Part shown: positions 39,856 to 52,463 of the stretch, piece by piece
Position numbering within the stretch: the first letter of the stretch is position 1
How the letters are laid out: the number at the start of each line of letters is the position of its first letter
From: Paramecium tetraurelia
Lineage: Eukaryota
Assembly: GCA_000165425.1 (NCBI GenBank)
Contig: CT867988.1
Location: 1-64,000, forward strand
Length of the DNA: 64,000 nucleotides
Reading direction: 5' to 3'
Notes under the pieces: model-generated
What the model was told of the DNA's origin: nothing
The model's database searches: none
The model's input: the letters and a program-made list of their open reading frames with translations, nothing else
Translations under genes and position numbers: made by a program

Positions 39856-41397
39856 TCAGTACCAACCCTTTTCATCATCTTTTAGTGGTTCCAATTTTAT
39901 ATATTGTGCTTAAATAAGAGTTCCTTCAATGATTGTTGGAATATATGGTAACACTATTTTTTTTTGTTTTAACTCAACCCAATCTATTTCTGAAAACCAC
40001 GGATGCGCTTGAATTTCTTTGAAATCATTCGAGAAACCAATTCTTGTAGAAGAATCCTGCTACAACAATTTAGAAATGAGATCTATGCATTCAATAGATA
40101 TAGGGATTCCTTTTGGGAAATGCAATTCACCTTAGCATATCAATTTGATGGTAACATCTTTGTTTGTGTTATAAAATGGAGATATTCCAATGAGCAATTC
40201 ATAAAGCAATATTCCCATACTGTACCAATCTGACATTCTAGTCAAATCTCCATATTTCAAATATTCTGGAGATGCATATTCGAGAGAAAAGTTGATATTT
40301 TATTATTTTTTAAACTCTTAATACACTCTCAATTTTCCATAGCCAAAATCAGTTAAATAGATATATCCTTATTCATCCACTAAAATATTTTCAGGTTTTA
40401 AATCTCCATAAGTAATCCCCTTTTCATGGACACTCTATAAAGCCATGCCAACCTAGGCTATAATATACTTGGCTTAACTCTCTGTAAAGGTACCAACATT
40501 CTGAAGATGAGCAAAGAGATCTCCTCCTTTCACAAACTTAAATAAAAAGTGAATTAACTCTGTTTGTCTTATGCATAGTTCCAATTATTCAATGAAGGGT
40601 TCTTTTTCATAGCTTTTGAGAAAGAATTCCATTAAATCGACGTCAATATCAGTAGATCTAATTGTTTTCAAGACCAAAACCTTTTAGCGATCAGTTTTCT
40701 AACTTAACAAAAAGATTCTGGTCAAAGAACCATTACTTATGATAGCATTCTTATCATAATCATCTAATTTCACTCTAAATTTCAATTTATCATTTACAAA
40801 GAGCACTGTAATTTTATGATTAAGAGTCAGACTTTTAGTGGGTTGGTTTTGCATGTTAATATATTGCAATTAGAAATCATTAGGGTATAGAAATAGTAAT
40901 TTTGATTTAGGATGTAATGCTACTTATTTTTTAAGGTCGGAGATTTTCTAATGCTAACAAAATGGTTGTAAATCTTCTTAATCAACTAAATATATTTTCA
41001 AACCGTCTTTATTTTTGAGTTTAAGTGCTATGGATAAATAAAATAAAATGATGTCTCTATTCTCATGGGATTTGTAATGATAATCAGTTTCTGAGGGTAC
41101 ATGCAAAATAAATTCAAAACTTGATCTGGAGACAGTAACACCAAAAATATTTTGAATTTATATCTTTCTTTTTATTGTTTTTTTATCAATATTATATAAA
41201 TTTTCACTTGTAATTACAATAGTTCTTTATTATTCCGTATTGCGCTTATTAATTTTTCCCACATTCCTGGATATCAAAATCTATTCAGATTGGCCTGTCT
41301 GCTTTTTAAAGAATTTCTCTGAATCTAAGTTTAGAGGATCTGAGGATTGTATTTTTAACTCATCTAAGAATTGTTTCAAAATTTGTTCTGAGTGCAT
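39856..41397 (-). CDS. AGC-group Ser/Thr kinase with N-terminal myosin-I TH1/PH-like domain
   Basis: N-term GKINKRNTEQQRTIVITSENLYNIDKKTIKRKIQIQNIFGVTVSRSSFEFILHVPSETDY; kinase FVKGGDLFAHL, YGDLKPENIL, LTDFG, YASPE, DWYSMGILLYEL, HPWFSEIDW. Confidence 0.82.
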
Positions 41398-41443
41398 TAA
41401 AAATATTATTTATTTTATTATCGAATTAGATAATATATATTAA

Positions 41444-42920
41444 TCATCTTCTTTAGATTGGACCAGCACTGTATTGTCTCCTCATGCCAGATGGCATACC
41501 AGCAGCTCTATTTTAATTACTCTGCTGAGGGTTTCCTCTTGGAGACTAGGCTCTTGGTGTAACCTACGATTACGGAGGATGGGGATATCTACAATAAAAA
41601 TCAATCCATTACTTTTATTGTCCAAGTAATCTCTATTCTTACTATTGTACTTTATTTTACAATTATTAAGGAGTCTGTGGTTACTGTGGTTTTGGTGGTT
41701 AAGCCATGGGAGGTTTTAATAAAGGAGGTTTATTGATTTATTATTGTTGTTATTATTATTATTGTTATTAACCAGGTTTTGGCATTGGAATTGGCATTGG
41801 TATTGATTGAGGAGGTTTTGATTCTTCTGGTTATTTCTTTACTGGTTAAGGTGTTTAGCTGATATCAGTATTGACTCTGATTCCAGATTACGAACTGGAT
41901 CTTTTGATTTTGTTTTCGTAATTAGCTTTAGGAAGATTGCCCTTCAATTGCTTTAAGTTATAGGGTAATTTGATGGTTTGCAAGAGTTTAGCCACTTTCT
42001 TCCCTCCAACTTCCTCCTCGACAAGCAATGAGCCACTATTTCTTATAACTATGGGGTTTTTTAGAATGGCATCGGAACTGGGTCTGTTACGAGGAACGAC
42101 CTATAACATCAATTTAATGACTTCTGACAAATCCTTGCTATACTTTCCTGGGATTGGATCATAAACACCAGTTTGAATTCTTCTGCTTAAGGATTAGAGA
42201 TCGGCTGCTCTAAATGGTGGTTGTTAGGCTGCTAGTTCGTAGATGATGCAACCAATGGACCAGATATCACAGGGCCAAGAGTACTGTTCTCCTTTCCAAA
42301 CCTCTGGAGATGCATAATCTAATAAAATAAAGGATTTATTATTGTACATGGTGTTCCAGCTTAAGTTCGAGCATTGGCTCCATGTGTAACCTTACTGATA
42401 TTCAGATCACCGATTTTGTATATGTTTCCTTCTGGAGATTTGCCTATAAAGACATTCGCCAATTTTAAATCTCGGTGCAAGATATTGTTGTCATGCAGCA
42501 TTTTGACTCCTATGGTTATTTAAGTCAAGACTCTCCAGATTTCAGTTTCTTCAACTCCACCTTTGAGTTTGCCTTGCTTCAACAAACTATTTAAGTCTCC
42601 CCCAGAAGCAAATTCCATAATTACGTACAGCGTCTTGCCTTCGGAATCAAGAAATGAGTCTTTGAATTCGACGATATATGGAGAGTCAAGTGAGGCCAAT
42701 ATACGAATTTCATTTAAGGCATTCTCTCGCTCTTTATAAGTCTACTGAGATATATTGACTTTTTTCATTGCATAATATTGGCCATCCGATTTCCGTTACA
42801 CCTACATAATCAGGTCGCCCTTACCTTGTAGACCGAGGAAAAGGATCCCTCCCCTAGTTTTTCGAGGACGTTGAAATCTTAAATGGTACTGCCTTATCCT
42901 TATCCCTATTATTATTGCAT
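41444..42920 (-). CDS. NIMA-related (NEK) Ser/Thr kinase with Pro/Gln-rich tail
   Basis: LGEGSFSSVYK/VQRKSDGQYYAMKKV..ENALNEIRILASL..HRDLKLANVF..IGDLNISKV..AGTP..YASPEVW. Confidence 0.92.
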
Positions 42921-42939
42921 TAATAAATTAATAAAATCA

Positions 42940-44048
42940 ATGGAATTAAACTTTATGATATTTCCTATCCCCAAAAACACTTACAGAGAAGGAGATCTCA
43001 AGGTTGCTTTATTTGTCATATCCTCTAGGAACTAATCAAAATTCCATTCTACGAAGACATATTTAAATTATTGCCTACCTCTCCCAAAACCAGAATCTAG
43101 TTTCATAAAATACATCCGTTTAAGCCTCCTGAAGACATTCCCCAAGTATGTGATCTCATCTAAGTCTAGGATGTCAGTACTCAATCCGTCTATGACGATC
43201 AAGTTGACGAATTGCCCACTTAAAGAATACCTCATATCACTTAAACAAAAACCATCTAACCAAAGCCTCCAATCCAAACCAGCAGGTGCGGATTAAGACT
43301 GTCCATCTCCCCTCGTGTCTCTTTTAACAATGAATCCTTGCTTCCCACTCTAACAAATCGGAGTTGTAAATAAATAAAGGAGATCCCGTGCTTATATTTG
43401 AAATCCTACACCATGACCAAAAGAACTATCATATATTTCCATGCCAATTGTGAAGATCTCAAATCCTCCTACAATCTGGTTGACTTCCTCAGACACAATA
43501 TGAGGATGAACATTCTCGCAGTCGAATATCCTGGCTATGGAATTTATCAAGGTGAGCCCTCTGAAGAGGTTATTTTGAAAGACGCCGAATACATCTACAA
43601 GTATATGGCCTTTCATTCCGGCGTAGAGGAATAGAATATTATTTTGATGGGAAGATCCATTGGCACTGGAGTTGCATGTCATGTTGCCTCAATGTTTAGA
43701 CCAGCCACCCTGGTTTTGATCTCTCCCTTCCTATCCTTACAAGAAATTGTTTAGGAGAAGTACCCCATACTAAGGAAAATGCTCAAAGAGAGGTTCACAA
43801 ACAAAGATAAAATACTAAGGGTCAAATGCCCGCTCTACATCCTGCATGGACTCAAAGATTCAATCGTTTCAGTAGAGCAAGCCAAGAAACTGTATGGTAT
43901 TTCTGATTTCTTTAATTCTTTTGTAGACTTGTGCAAGAGTCCATGCTTGATTAGAACACCTCCTGAAATGACTCATACTAGATTTCAATTTGAATAAGAT
44001 TTATCCTTGCCTCTTCTTGGGTTCATGAGATAATTGAATATACTTTGA
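42940..44048 (+). CDS. ABHD17/Bem46-like alpha/beta hydrolase
   Basis: MELNFMIFPIP; IPCLYL..TIIYFHANCEDL..ILAVEYPGYGIYQGEPSEE..ILMGRSIGTG..LISPFLS..LYILHGLKDSIV..MTH. Confidence 0.88.
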
Positions 44049-44095
44049 AACATCCACATATTAATATTACTCCATTTTGTGATATAAATTAAATT

Positions 44096-46022
44096 ATGAT
44101 TCGAATTTAGCAATTGCACACCCAAATTTCAGAAACTGCTGGATCCAAAGGACAACCACTTGAACAAGTATGTTTGATTATGCCATATCTCATATTAGAA
44201 GACATAATACAAACTAGATTGGTTTAAGAACAATGGATGGGGATACAAAGATACAAAATTCATTTTGGAATAGGATGGGGCAGTCAGATTAACAGGGAAT
44301 AAATATAGGTTTTCCAATTAAAAAATGATGAAGTTTAAGGAGTGGGCAGAGGCTAAAGTAGGCATAGATTTAAGTTTGAATTGTGAAGCACAAGTTGAAA
44401 TACCTGCAGATCCCCCTATTATTAATGAATAATTTGTAAATGCCATCTAAGGGTTATTCAATGAAGTCTCATTTAATGATGCTTAGAGAATATTACATTC
44501 TCATGGACACACCATGCAAGAAGTCAAATACTTTATTTCTATTTTAGATTTATGAATTAAGACATGGCAAATTGGCTAGAATTGTAGATTGTGTTATCTA
44601 TATCAGTTCACATGCATAAGCAGAAACACTTGTTAAATTAGCCTAGGAACACAACGTGATGTTGTGCGTATACGGTGGTGGCACTAATGTAACTTGGGCT
44701 CTGCAATGTCCAAAGGAGGAAAGGAGAATGATAGTGTCAGTTGATATGTCAAGAATGAATCACGTTAGATCTGTAGATAGAAAGAATATGACTGCCTTGG
44801 TAGAAGCTGGAATTACAGGCAAAGATCTGGAAAAAGAGTTGTCTCGTTATGGAGTTGTCTGTGGTCATGAACCTGATTCCGTTGAATTCTCTACACTCGG
44901 AGGTTGGATAAGCACTAGAGCCTCAGGCATGAAAAAGAACAGATATGGGAATATCGAAGATATTGTACTTTCTGTTAAAGTGGTAACACCAACTGGGACG
45001 TTATAACAAAGTTTGGATTATCCTAGAGTCAGCAGTGGACCTGATTTGAATTAAATCATTTTGGGATCTGAGGGTACTTTAGGTATTATCACTGAAGCAG
45101 TTATTAAAATTAAAGCTTAACCTGAGGTAATTTTATTAATTTAAATTAAGGTTTGCAAATATGAATCTATTTTATTCCACAATTTTGCTTTGGGCACTGA
45201 ATTTATGTATCGATTATCCAGAAGTAAGGTTTGGCCTGCATCTGTGAGATTAGTTGATAATAATCAGTTCTAATTTGGTATGGCTTTGAAAACTATGCCT
45301 CATAACAAGAGGGAGGAATTCATGGATAAAATCAAGAAGTACTTCGTCACTCAATTCATGTAATTTGATCCAGATTAAATGTGTTTGGTCACTGTAGTTT
45401 TTGAGGGAACTAAATAAGAAATTGAATTCCAAGAGAAGAAAGTGTTTGAGTTAGCTAAATTTTACAAAGGATTTAGAGCAGGGGCTGAAAATGGGGAGAG
45501 AGGATACTTCTTAACTTACATGATAGCATACTTAAGAGATTTCGCTATGTAGTTTTAATTTATAGCTGAATCCTTTGAGACTGCCGTTGGATGGAAAAAT
45601 GTGCCTAGTGTTTGTGAGAATGTAAGATAGACTTGAGTATATTTAGATCCAAAGAAGGATTGTGGAAGAATGTTAAAAAAGAGGAGTGGAGAAGGAACCT
45701 TTCGTTTCTTTTAGAATTTCTCAGGTTTATGATTCTGGAGCTACAATATATGTGTATTTTGGTTTCGGATACAAGGGGATTGAAGATCCTGTGAAGTGTT
45801 ATTCCGAGATTGAAGATGCAGCAAGGGAGGAGATCATGAAAAATGGAGGGTCTATCTCTCATCATCATGGTATTTGTTGGAATTATTAAAATATTAGGTG
45901 TGGGCAAATTGAGGAAGTAATTTATGTAAAGGTAAATTGGAGACACTGGAGTTGAGATTTTGAAGAGAATTAAGTAACAAATCGATCCAAAAAATATATT
46001 TGGGAATCAGAATTTAATATGA
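44096..46022 (+). CDS. AGPS: Alkyl-dihydroxyacetone-phosphate synthase (ether lipid synthesis, FAD-linked)
   Basis: NGWGYKDTKF, HSHGHTMQE, YGGGTNVTWALQCP, GHEPDSVEFSTLGGWISTRASGMKKNRYGNIED, LGSEGTLGII, GGSISHHHG/VGKLRK, IDPKNIFGNQNL. Confidence 0.95.
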
Positions 46023-46119
46023 AAATGATATATCAATGTTTTATATGCATAAAAATATATTTAAAACTAACAGTTAAAGAATTTGAATTCAATTAATTTA
46101 AATATAAATTTTTAAGTCA

Positions 46120-49084
46120 ATGAACAAGTCTGATACTATTCACAATTAGGAAAATATTGATCCAAACATCATTCGTAACTTATCTTCACAGCAAAAGAAG
46201 ATTCCTAGAAGTTCAGGATAAAAAACACCATGGAGTGCAAAGTATCATTCACCTATTATCCTTTAAAGCACTGGAGAAATTAGCCATTCTACCAATGATG
46301 ACATAGAGATATCATGCTTTTAAGTAGGACCAGTCAAAACTACTCAATTATCACCTAATTAAGCCATCGTATGTTAATCTAGATTAGAGTAATATTTGAC
46401 TTCGAATAATGTCCCTGATATACTTTCCTATTTGGATGAATTTGAAGATCTTGATTGGGTCAAGTCCAATTATATTACTCACATTATTGAGATGATAGTG
46501 AAATAAGAGAAGGAATATTTGAAATAGAAGGATTGTTGGATTAACAGCTATATTAACAAGTAAGAATTATCTGCTCACTCGATAAATCATTAAGATGATC
46601 TTTAGTGTGTCATCTAGAATTGGAGCATAAGAAGGCTACTATGCTCTTTATGAAATAGATAACTTGTTAGAATAAATGATATAAAAAGAAGAATTGTAAT
46701 AATATCATTAGATTTAATATTTTCCATTGATATTATATTGCTATGCACATTAATTATTGTATTGGGGTTTAGTGGCAGAATGTTGGGACCTATTGAAATT
46801 TAAGTTAAGCAAAGAGATTAATGAATCAATCAAAGACGAGTTTGAGAAAACAGCACAAAAGATCTGTGACATGCTTTTAAGATAATTAATTGAATTAAGC
46901 AATTCAAACAATCATTGGGGTGAAGATGTTCAATGAAGTTTTGAATGAAGGAGTCATTAATTTGCATCCATCTGATATCTTCTTCAATAAGTTAATTGAC
47001 TATGCCTTCAGAAAACAATAAGTCACAATGGCTGAATTCTTGCTTACCTTCATGAGAGACAATGCTAAGATTCAACCAACAATTGTCACTATTAACACAA
47101 TGATTGACTAGTATTTCAAGAATAATTAGAAGGATAAAGCTTGGAAAACTTTTGAGAATCTGAAACTCACATCTACCAAACCTGACAATTTCACCTATAC
47201 TACTTTAATCAATGGTTTAAAGAATTCTGATAATATGGATCTCAGATTAGCATTCTAATTATTTGAAGAGTATAAGTAATTCAATCAACCTGATTAAATT
47301 ATCTACAATTGTTTATTAGATGCTTGTATAAATGCTGGTGATTTAAATAGAGGATTTTAATTGCTAAATGAGATGAAATAATCATAATCAATTTAATTGG
47401 ATGAAATCACTTATAATACATTGATCAAGGGATGTGGAAGGAAGAAGAGATTAAATGAAGCCATTAGTTTGTTCGAAGAGATGAAATAGATTGGTATCAA
47501 ACCAAATAGAATAAGTTTCAACTCCTTACTTGATTCCTGTGTGAAATGCAATAAGATGAATGTTGCTTGGAGATACTTTGAAGAAATGAGAAAGCAATAT
47601 GGCATCTTCCCAGACAATTTCACTTACAGCATTTTAGTTAATGGCATTAAAACTAATCATTCAAATAGAGATGAATTGCTAAGAGCCATTACCTTATTGG
47701 AATAAATTTAAGAAACTGGACAATTCAAACCAGATGAGATTCTTTATAACTCATTGATTGATGCTTGCGTTAAATTCAATGAGATCTAAAAGGGAATGCA
47801 ATTATTCAAGGAAATGAAGAATAAAATCAATTGAACCATCCTCAGTTACATATGGTATTCTGATTAAGGCTTATTGGTAAAATGAATGATTTGAATGGAG
47901 CTTTCAGAATGTTTGAAGAGATGAAACAAAAGAAAATACCAATCAATGATGTCACATATGGATGTTTGGTAGATGCTTGTGTTAGAAATGATAGATTAGA
48001 TTAAGCACTTTAATTCATTGAATAAATGAAATCTCAAAACCTACCAATCAACACTGTCTTATATACAACGATCATCAAAGGATTTTGTAAGTTGAATTAG
48101 ACTGAAGAGGCTATGAAATATTTCAGTCTAATGAAATAAAATTAAAGAACATATCCAAATCTTATAACTTACAATTCACTCTTAGATGGATTAGTTAAAA
48201 ATGGATTGATGAATTAAGCAGATAAATTATTCCAAGAATTAGTAGAATCAACAATCAAGCCAGATCTAATTACATTTAGTACTCTATTGAAAGGACATTG
48301 CAGAAGAGGCAACATGAAGAGATTGAATGAAACTGTGTAGACTATGCTACACTACCAGATCAATCCTGATGAATCACTATTACAATTGATTCTAGAATCT
48401 TGCTTAAATCAATAATAGTATCACAACGGGGTTCAAATTTATGATTAATTCCAACATCAAATTCCTCAATCAACACAACTATTATTGATCATTATTAGAT
48501 TACATAGTCAAGATAAGCAATTATCATCAGCAATCCCATTGTTAAATAGACTCTATCAATTGTTAGATGAAAGTAGAATATAACACTAGCAATTGGAAAC
48601 CACCATCAATTCCTTATTGATCCATCCACTTGATGAGCAGACTTATCCAATAATCACCAAAATAGTGACTTTAGCATTGAAATCAGATATCAACGTGGAC
48701 AATCTAGATAATCTAGTCTCTGTAGACAATTCAGAGTTAATGCTCTTATTGTAGAATACCAACTAGTTACCATGCACTAAGTTATCACAAATCCTCAATT
48801 AATTGCCAGTTCAAGATTAGTAATTGTGCAGAGCATACATTTCAAAGAACAATAAGAATGATTTGAAAGAACCTTTGAATGAGTAGTTTGGTTAAGTGTT
48901 TTTGTAGTGTAACAGCCATAGCAACAACAATCAGAACAAGAAAACCAAACCATAAGAGAGATCATCCCCGTTTAATAATGAAAACAAGGAGAACGTGTAT
49001 CATCCAAAGAAACAGTATAACAATTATGCCAAAAATGACTTGAATGAGTACTTGAACAACAAGTCATATACCAAGAGAAGATGA
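46120..49084 (+). CDS. Pentatricopeptide-repeat (PPR) protein; two apparent 1-nt insertions at ~47825 and ~47875
   Basis: Many 35-aa repeats: PDNFTYTTLINGL, IIYNCLLDACINAG, ITYNTLIKGCGR, ISFNSLLDSCVK, VTYGCLVDACVRN, VLYTTIIKGFCK, PNLITYNSLLDGL, PDLITFSTLLKGHC. Confidence 0.85.
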
Positions 49085-49105
49085 TTAATTAATTAATATT
49101 ATATA

Positions 49106-50398
49106 ATGAGTAATGATTAACCATTTGAAGATGTCGATCAATTTCTTCATCCCCTTGCCGCTCAATAGGCCATTCCAAATATGTTACAATAGGCTATTAC
49201 GCAAGACTAACTCCTGGCTTAAAATGTTCGATTATTGCAACAATTACATGAACAATAGAGAATGTTAAACCTATAGAGTCTCTTCACTAATAGCATGCTT
49301 ATGAATCCCTTGATCCAATAACAAGTGAATTAGGAGAGTAAGAAAATAAAGAAAGTCAATAAAACAATCAAAACCATTCCATCAACAACAAGTCTTAAGG
49401 ATTGCGCTTAACCAATCTAGGAAATCAAAGGGAATGTTAAAAATGCCTACATAAAGAAAATCACTTCCTTGCTTAGTGTGGAAGGAGACAGGTTGCTTGA
49501 TGAGGACTTACAAGAAGATTTAGATTTAGAGAGTTATTCAGAAATGTAAGATAAAAGCAAATTGGCAGGTCTTTTGGGATCAAATAACGATTTGTTGAAT
49601 AGTGAATCAAAAAATAAAAGATTGAGACAAAGCGCTAAAAATTCCAGGCTTAGAAAAAAGGTTTATTTGAAATTGCTCGAAAAGAAAGTAATTTTATTAT
49701 GTAACTATTTTAGGTTTCTGAATTGGATCAGTAAATTTAGGAATACAAAAAAACTACAAGATAGTCATTCGAATATTTGACACAAATATTGCAATCTCAT
49801 CCTATTTTAAATAGCATGATCATTGGGAATTCGGCAGCCATTGACTAGGTCTTAGAATGTTCAGTGCCTGATCAAGCTTAGTTAGTGTTGGATTCATATT
49901 TAGTAATTAGATCATTCTAATATTGTAGATGAGATATGGTACTTGTGGAATCAAAAGGAGAGATTATGTGAAGTACGCAGTGAAAAATATACAGAAGAAC
50001 TTTCTTAAGGGCAATTATGGACTCCAACTTATGAGTTGGAATTAATAAATTTAAAATTGTAAAGAGTATTGTATTTATCAAATTAGATGACACTGAATTC
50101 AATCAATATGTAGAAATCGTTAAGGATGAGGCTAAACTGGATGACGATAACCTTGTTTATCGTGTTCTGCCTACGATTGATAGAATGCTTAACCATCGCA
50201 AGATGTCTTAATAGTATGAATAAATCTAACTCTAGATTATTACTCAAATTTAATTAGGACATCAAAAACTTAAAATAGAATTAACAAGAGATTGAGGAAA
50301 CAATCAATCAGTTTACATAATCATTACCTCCCATCTAACATTTAGAATTCATCAAACAGGTGGAGAAAATGGGGACTTTTAATCGTTTTAATAAATGA
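49106..50398 (+). CDS. bZIP transcription factor
   Basis: Q-rich N-terminus; basic region KNKRLRQSAKNSRLRKKVYLKLLEKK/VSELDQQIQEY. Confidence 0.8.
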
Positions 50399-50660
50399 TC
50401 AATAATATATTATGTCTTATTCCAAACTTCAAGAAATATCAAAAATATTAAGTAAATTCTGATATCATTTGTTATTTTTTGTATTACTATAGAACATACT
50501 ACTTATATTAATAATATACTATCTCATTATAACAATTATTGTTATAATTAAATGATAATTATATATTCTTCATAATTTCATATAAGAACTATAAAAGAAA
50601 TAATTTAAAAGATGCATTAAATTTTCTCAAATTATTCAAATAATTATAAAATTAATTAAA

Positions 50661-52351
50661 ATGTCTGCAGTGGGAATTCGTGGTGAAAGAGATCAAGGTT
50701 AGGATGTGCGTACAAGTAATGTAACTGCTGTCATGGCAATTGCAAATGTTGTCAAGACAAGTCTTGGACCACAAGGACTTGATAAGATGCTCGTTGATGA
50801 GATTGGAGATGTTGTAATTACAAATGATGGAGCAACCATTCTGAAACAATTGGAAGTTGAACATCCAGCTGCCAAAGTCATTGTAGAGTTGAGTTAATTA
50901 TAAGATAAAGAAGTGGGAGATGGTACCACATCGGTGGTTGTTTTAGCAGCTGAATTACTTCGCCGCGCTAATGAATTAATTAAAATTAAAGTTCATCCCA
51001 CAACAATCATATCCGGATACAAATTAGCAGCCAGACAAGCAGTAAAATACATTCAATCTCATTTGGTACATAAAATCACAGAAGATGACACTGAAATATT
51101 AATAAATGCTGCCAAAACTTCAATGAATAGTAAAGTGATTGGCCCAGAAAGTCACATATTCGCCAAGTTGGCTGTAGATGCAGTTAGATTGGTCAAGACC
51201 TAAGGTTTGGTCTCTGGTAAGGCTAAGTATCCAATTCAATCCATCAACGTTGTAAAAAGCCATGGTTAATCATCAAATTAATCTGAATTAGTAAAGGGAT
51301 ATGTTATTTAATTATAAAGAGCATCATAATAAATGGTAACAAAGGTTAAGAATGCTAAAATTGCCTGTTTGGATATAAATTTGAATAAATTTAAGATGTA
51401 AATGGGAGTTTAAATATTGGTTGATGATCCCAATAATTTAGAGAAAATCAGAAAGAAGGAAATGGATGTTTTGAAAGAGAGAATTCAATTGTTATTATAA
51501 GCAGGAGCTAATGTTATTTTAACTTCAAAGGGAATGGACGATTTGGCTAATAAATATTTAGTAGAAGCAGGAGCTATTGGATTGAGAAGAGTTCCCAAGG
51601 ATCATTTGAGAAGAATTGCCAAAGCTGCAGGTGCTAAGGTAGTCACAACTTTTGCTAACGAGGAAACTGGAGAGTCATTTGATGCATCTTGTTTGGGAGA
51701 GGCAGAGGTAATAGAATGCAATACAATTTTAGGAAGTTTACGAAGAAGCCATTGGAGATAATGATTACATATTTTTCAAGGGAATGAAGAAGGAATAATC
51801 AGCAAGTATCATTGTGAGAGGTGCCAATGAATTGATGACTGATGAAATTGAGAGATCATTACATGACTCTTTATGTGTTGTGAAGAGAACTTTGGAGTCA
51901 GGATCTGTTGTTGCTGGTGGTGGAGCAGTAGAAATGGCATTGAGCATTTATTTGGATGACTATTCAAGAAAATTGGATTCCAATGAGTAGATTGCTATTG
52001 CTGAATTCGCAGAAGCCTTGACTTCAATTCCAAAGATCTTGGCCACAAATGCAGCAAAGGATTCCATTGATTTAATCAGTAAATTGAGGGTTTTACACAG
52101 TAAGTCACAATCATTGGAAGTCGATGAGAAGGGATACAAGTTTAGTGGTTTGGATTTGGTTAAAGGGGAAGTCAGACATAATCTTAGACATGGAGTACTT
52201 GAACCAACAGTTAGTAAAATAAAGGCATTAAAGTAATTATTATTGGTAGTTATTGAATAGATTTGCAACAGAGGCTGCTATAACGATTTTGAGAATTGAT
52301 GATATGATTAAGTTGGAACCAAAGAAGGAGCAAATGCCAGGAAGACATTGA
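50661..52351 (+). CDS. TCP1: Chaperonin CCT/TRiC subunit alpha
   Basis: [82 protein letters not shown]. Confidence 0.96.
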
Positions 52352-52463
52352 GTTGTGAGAGTGATATATAATATACAATATAAGAAATAGAGATAAGATT
52401 TTATGAAATTCTTTTGGGACTGTTTCGATTCCGAATTTCATAAATTTTAACAAATTAATATCT

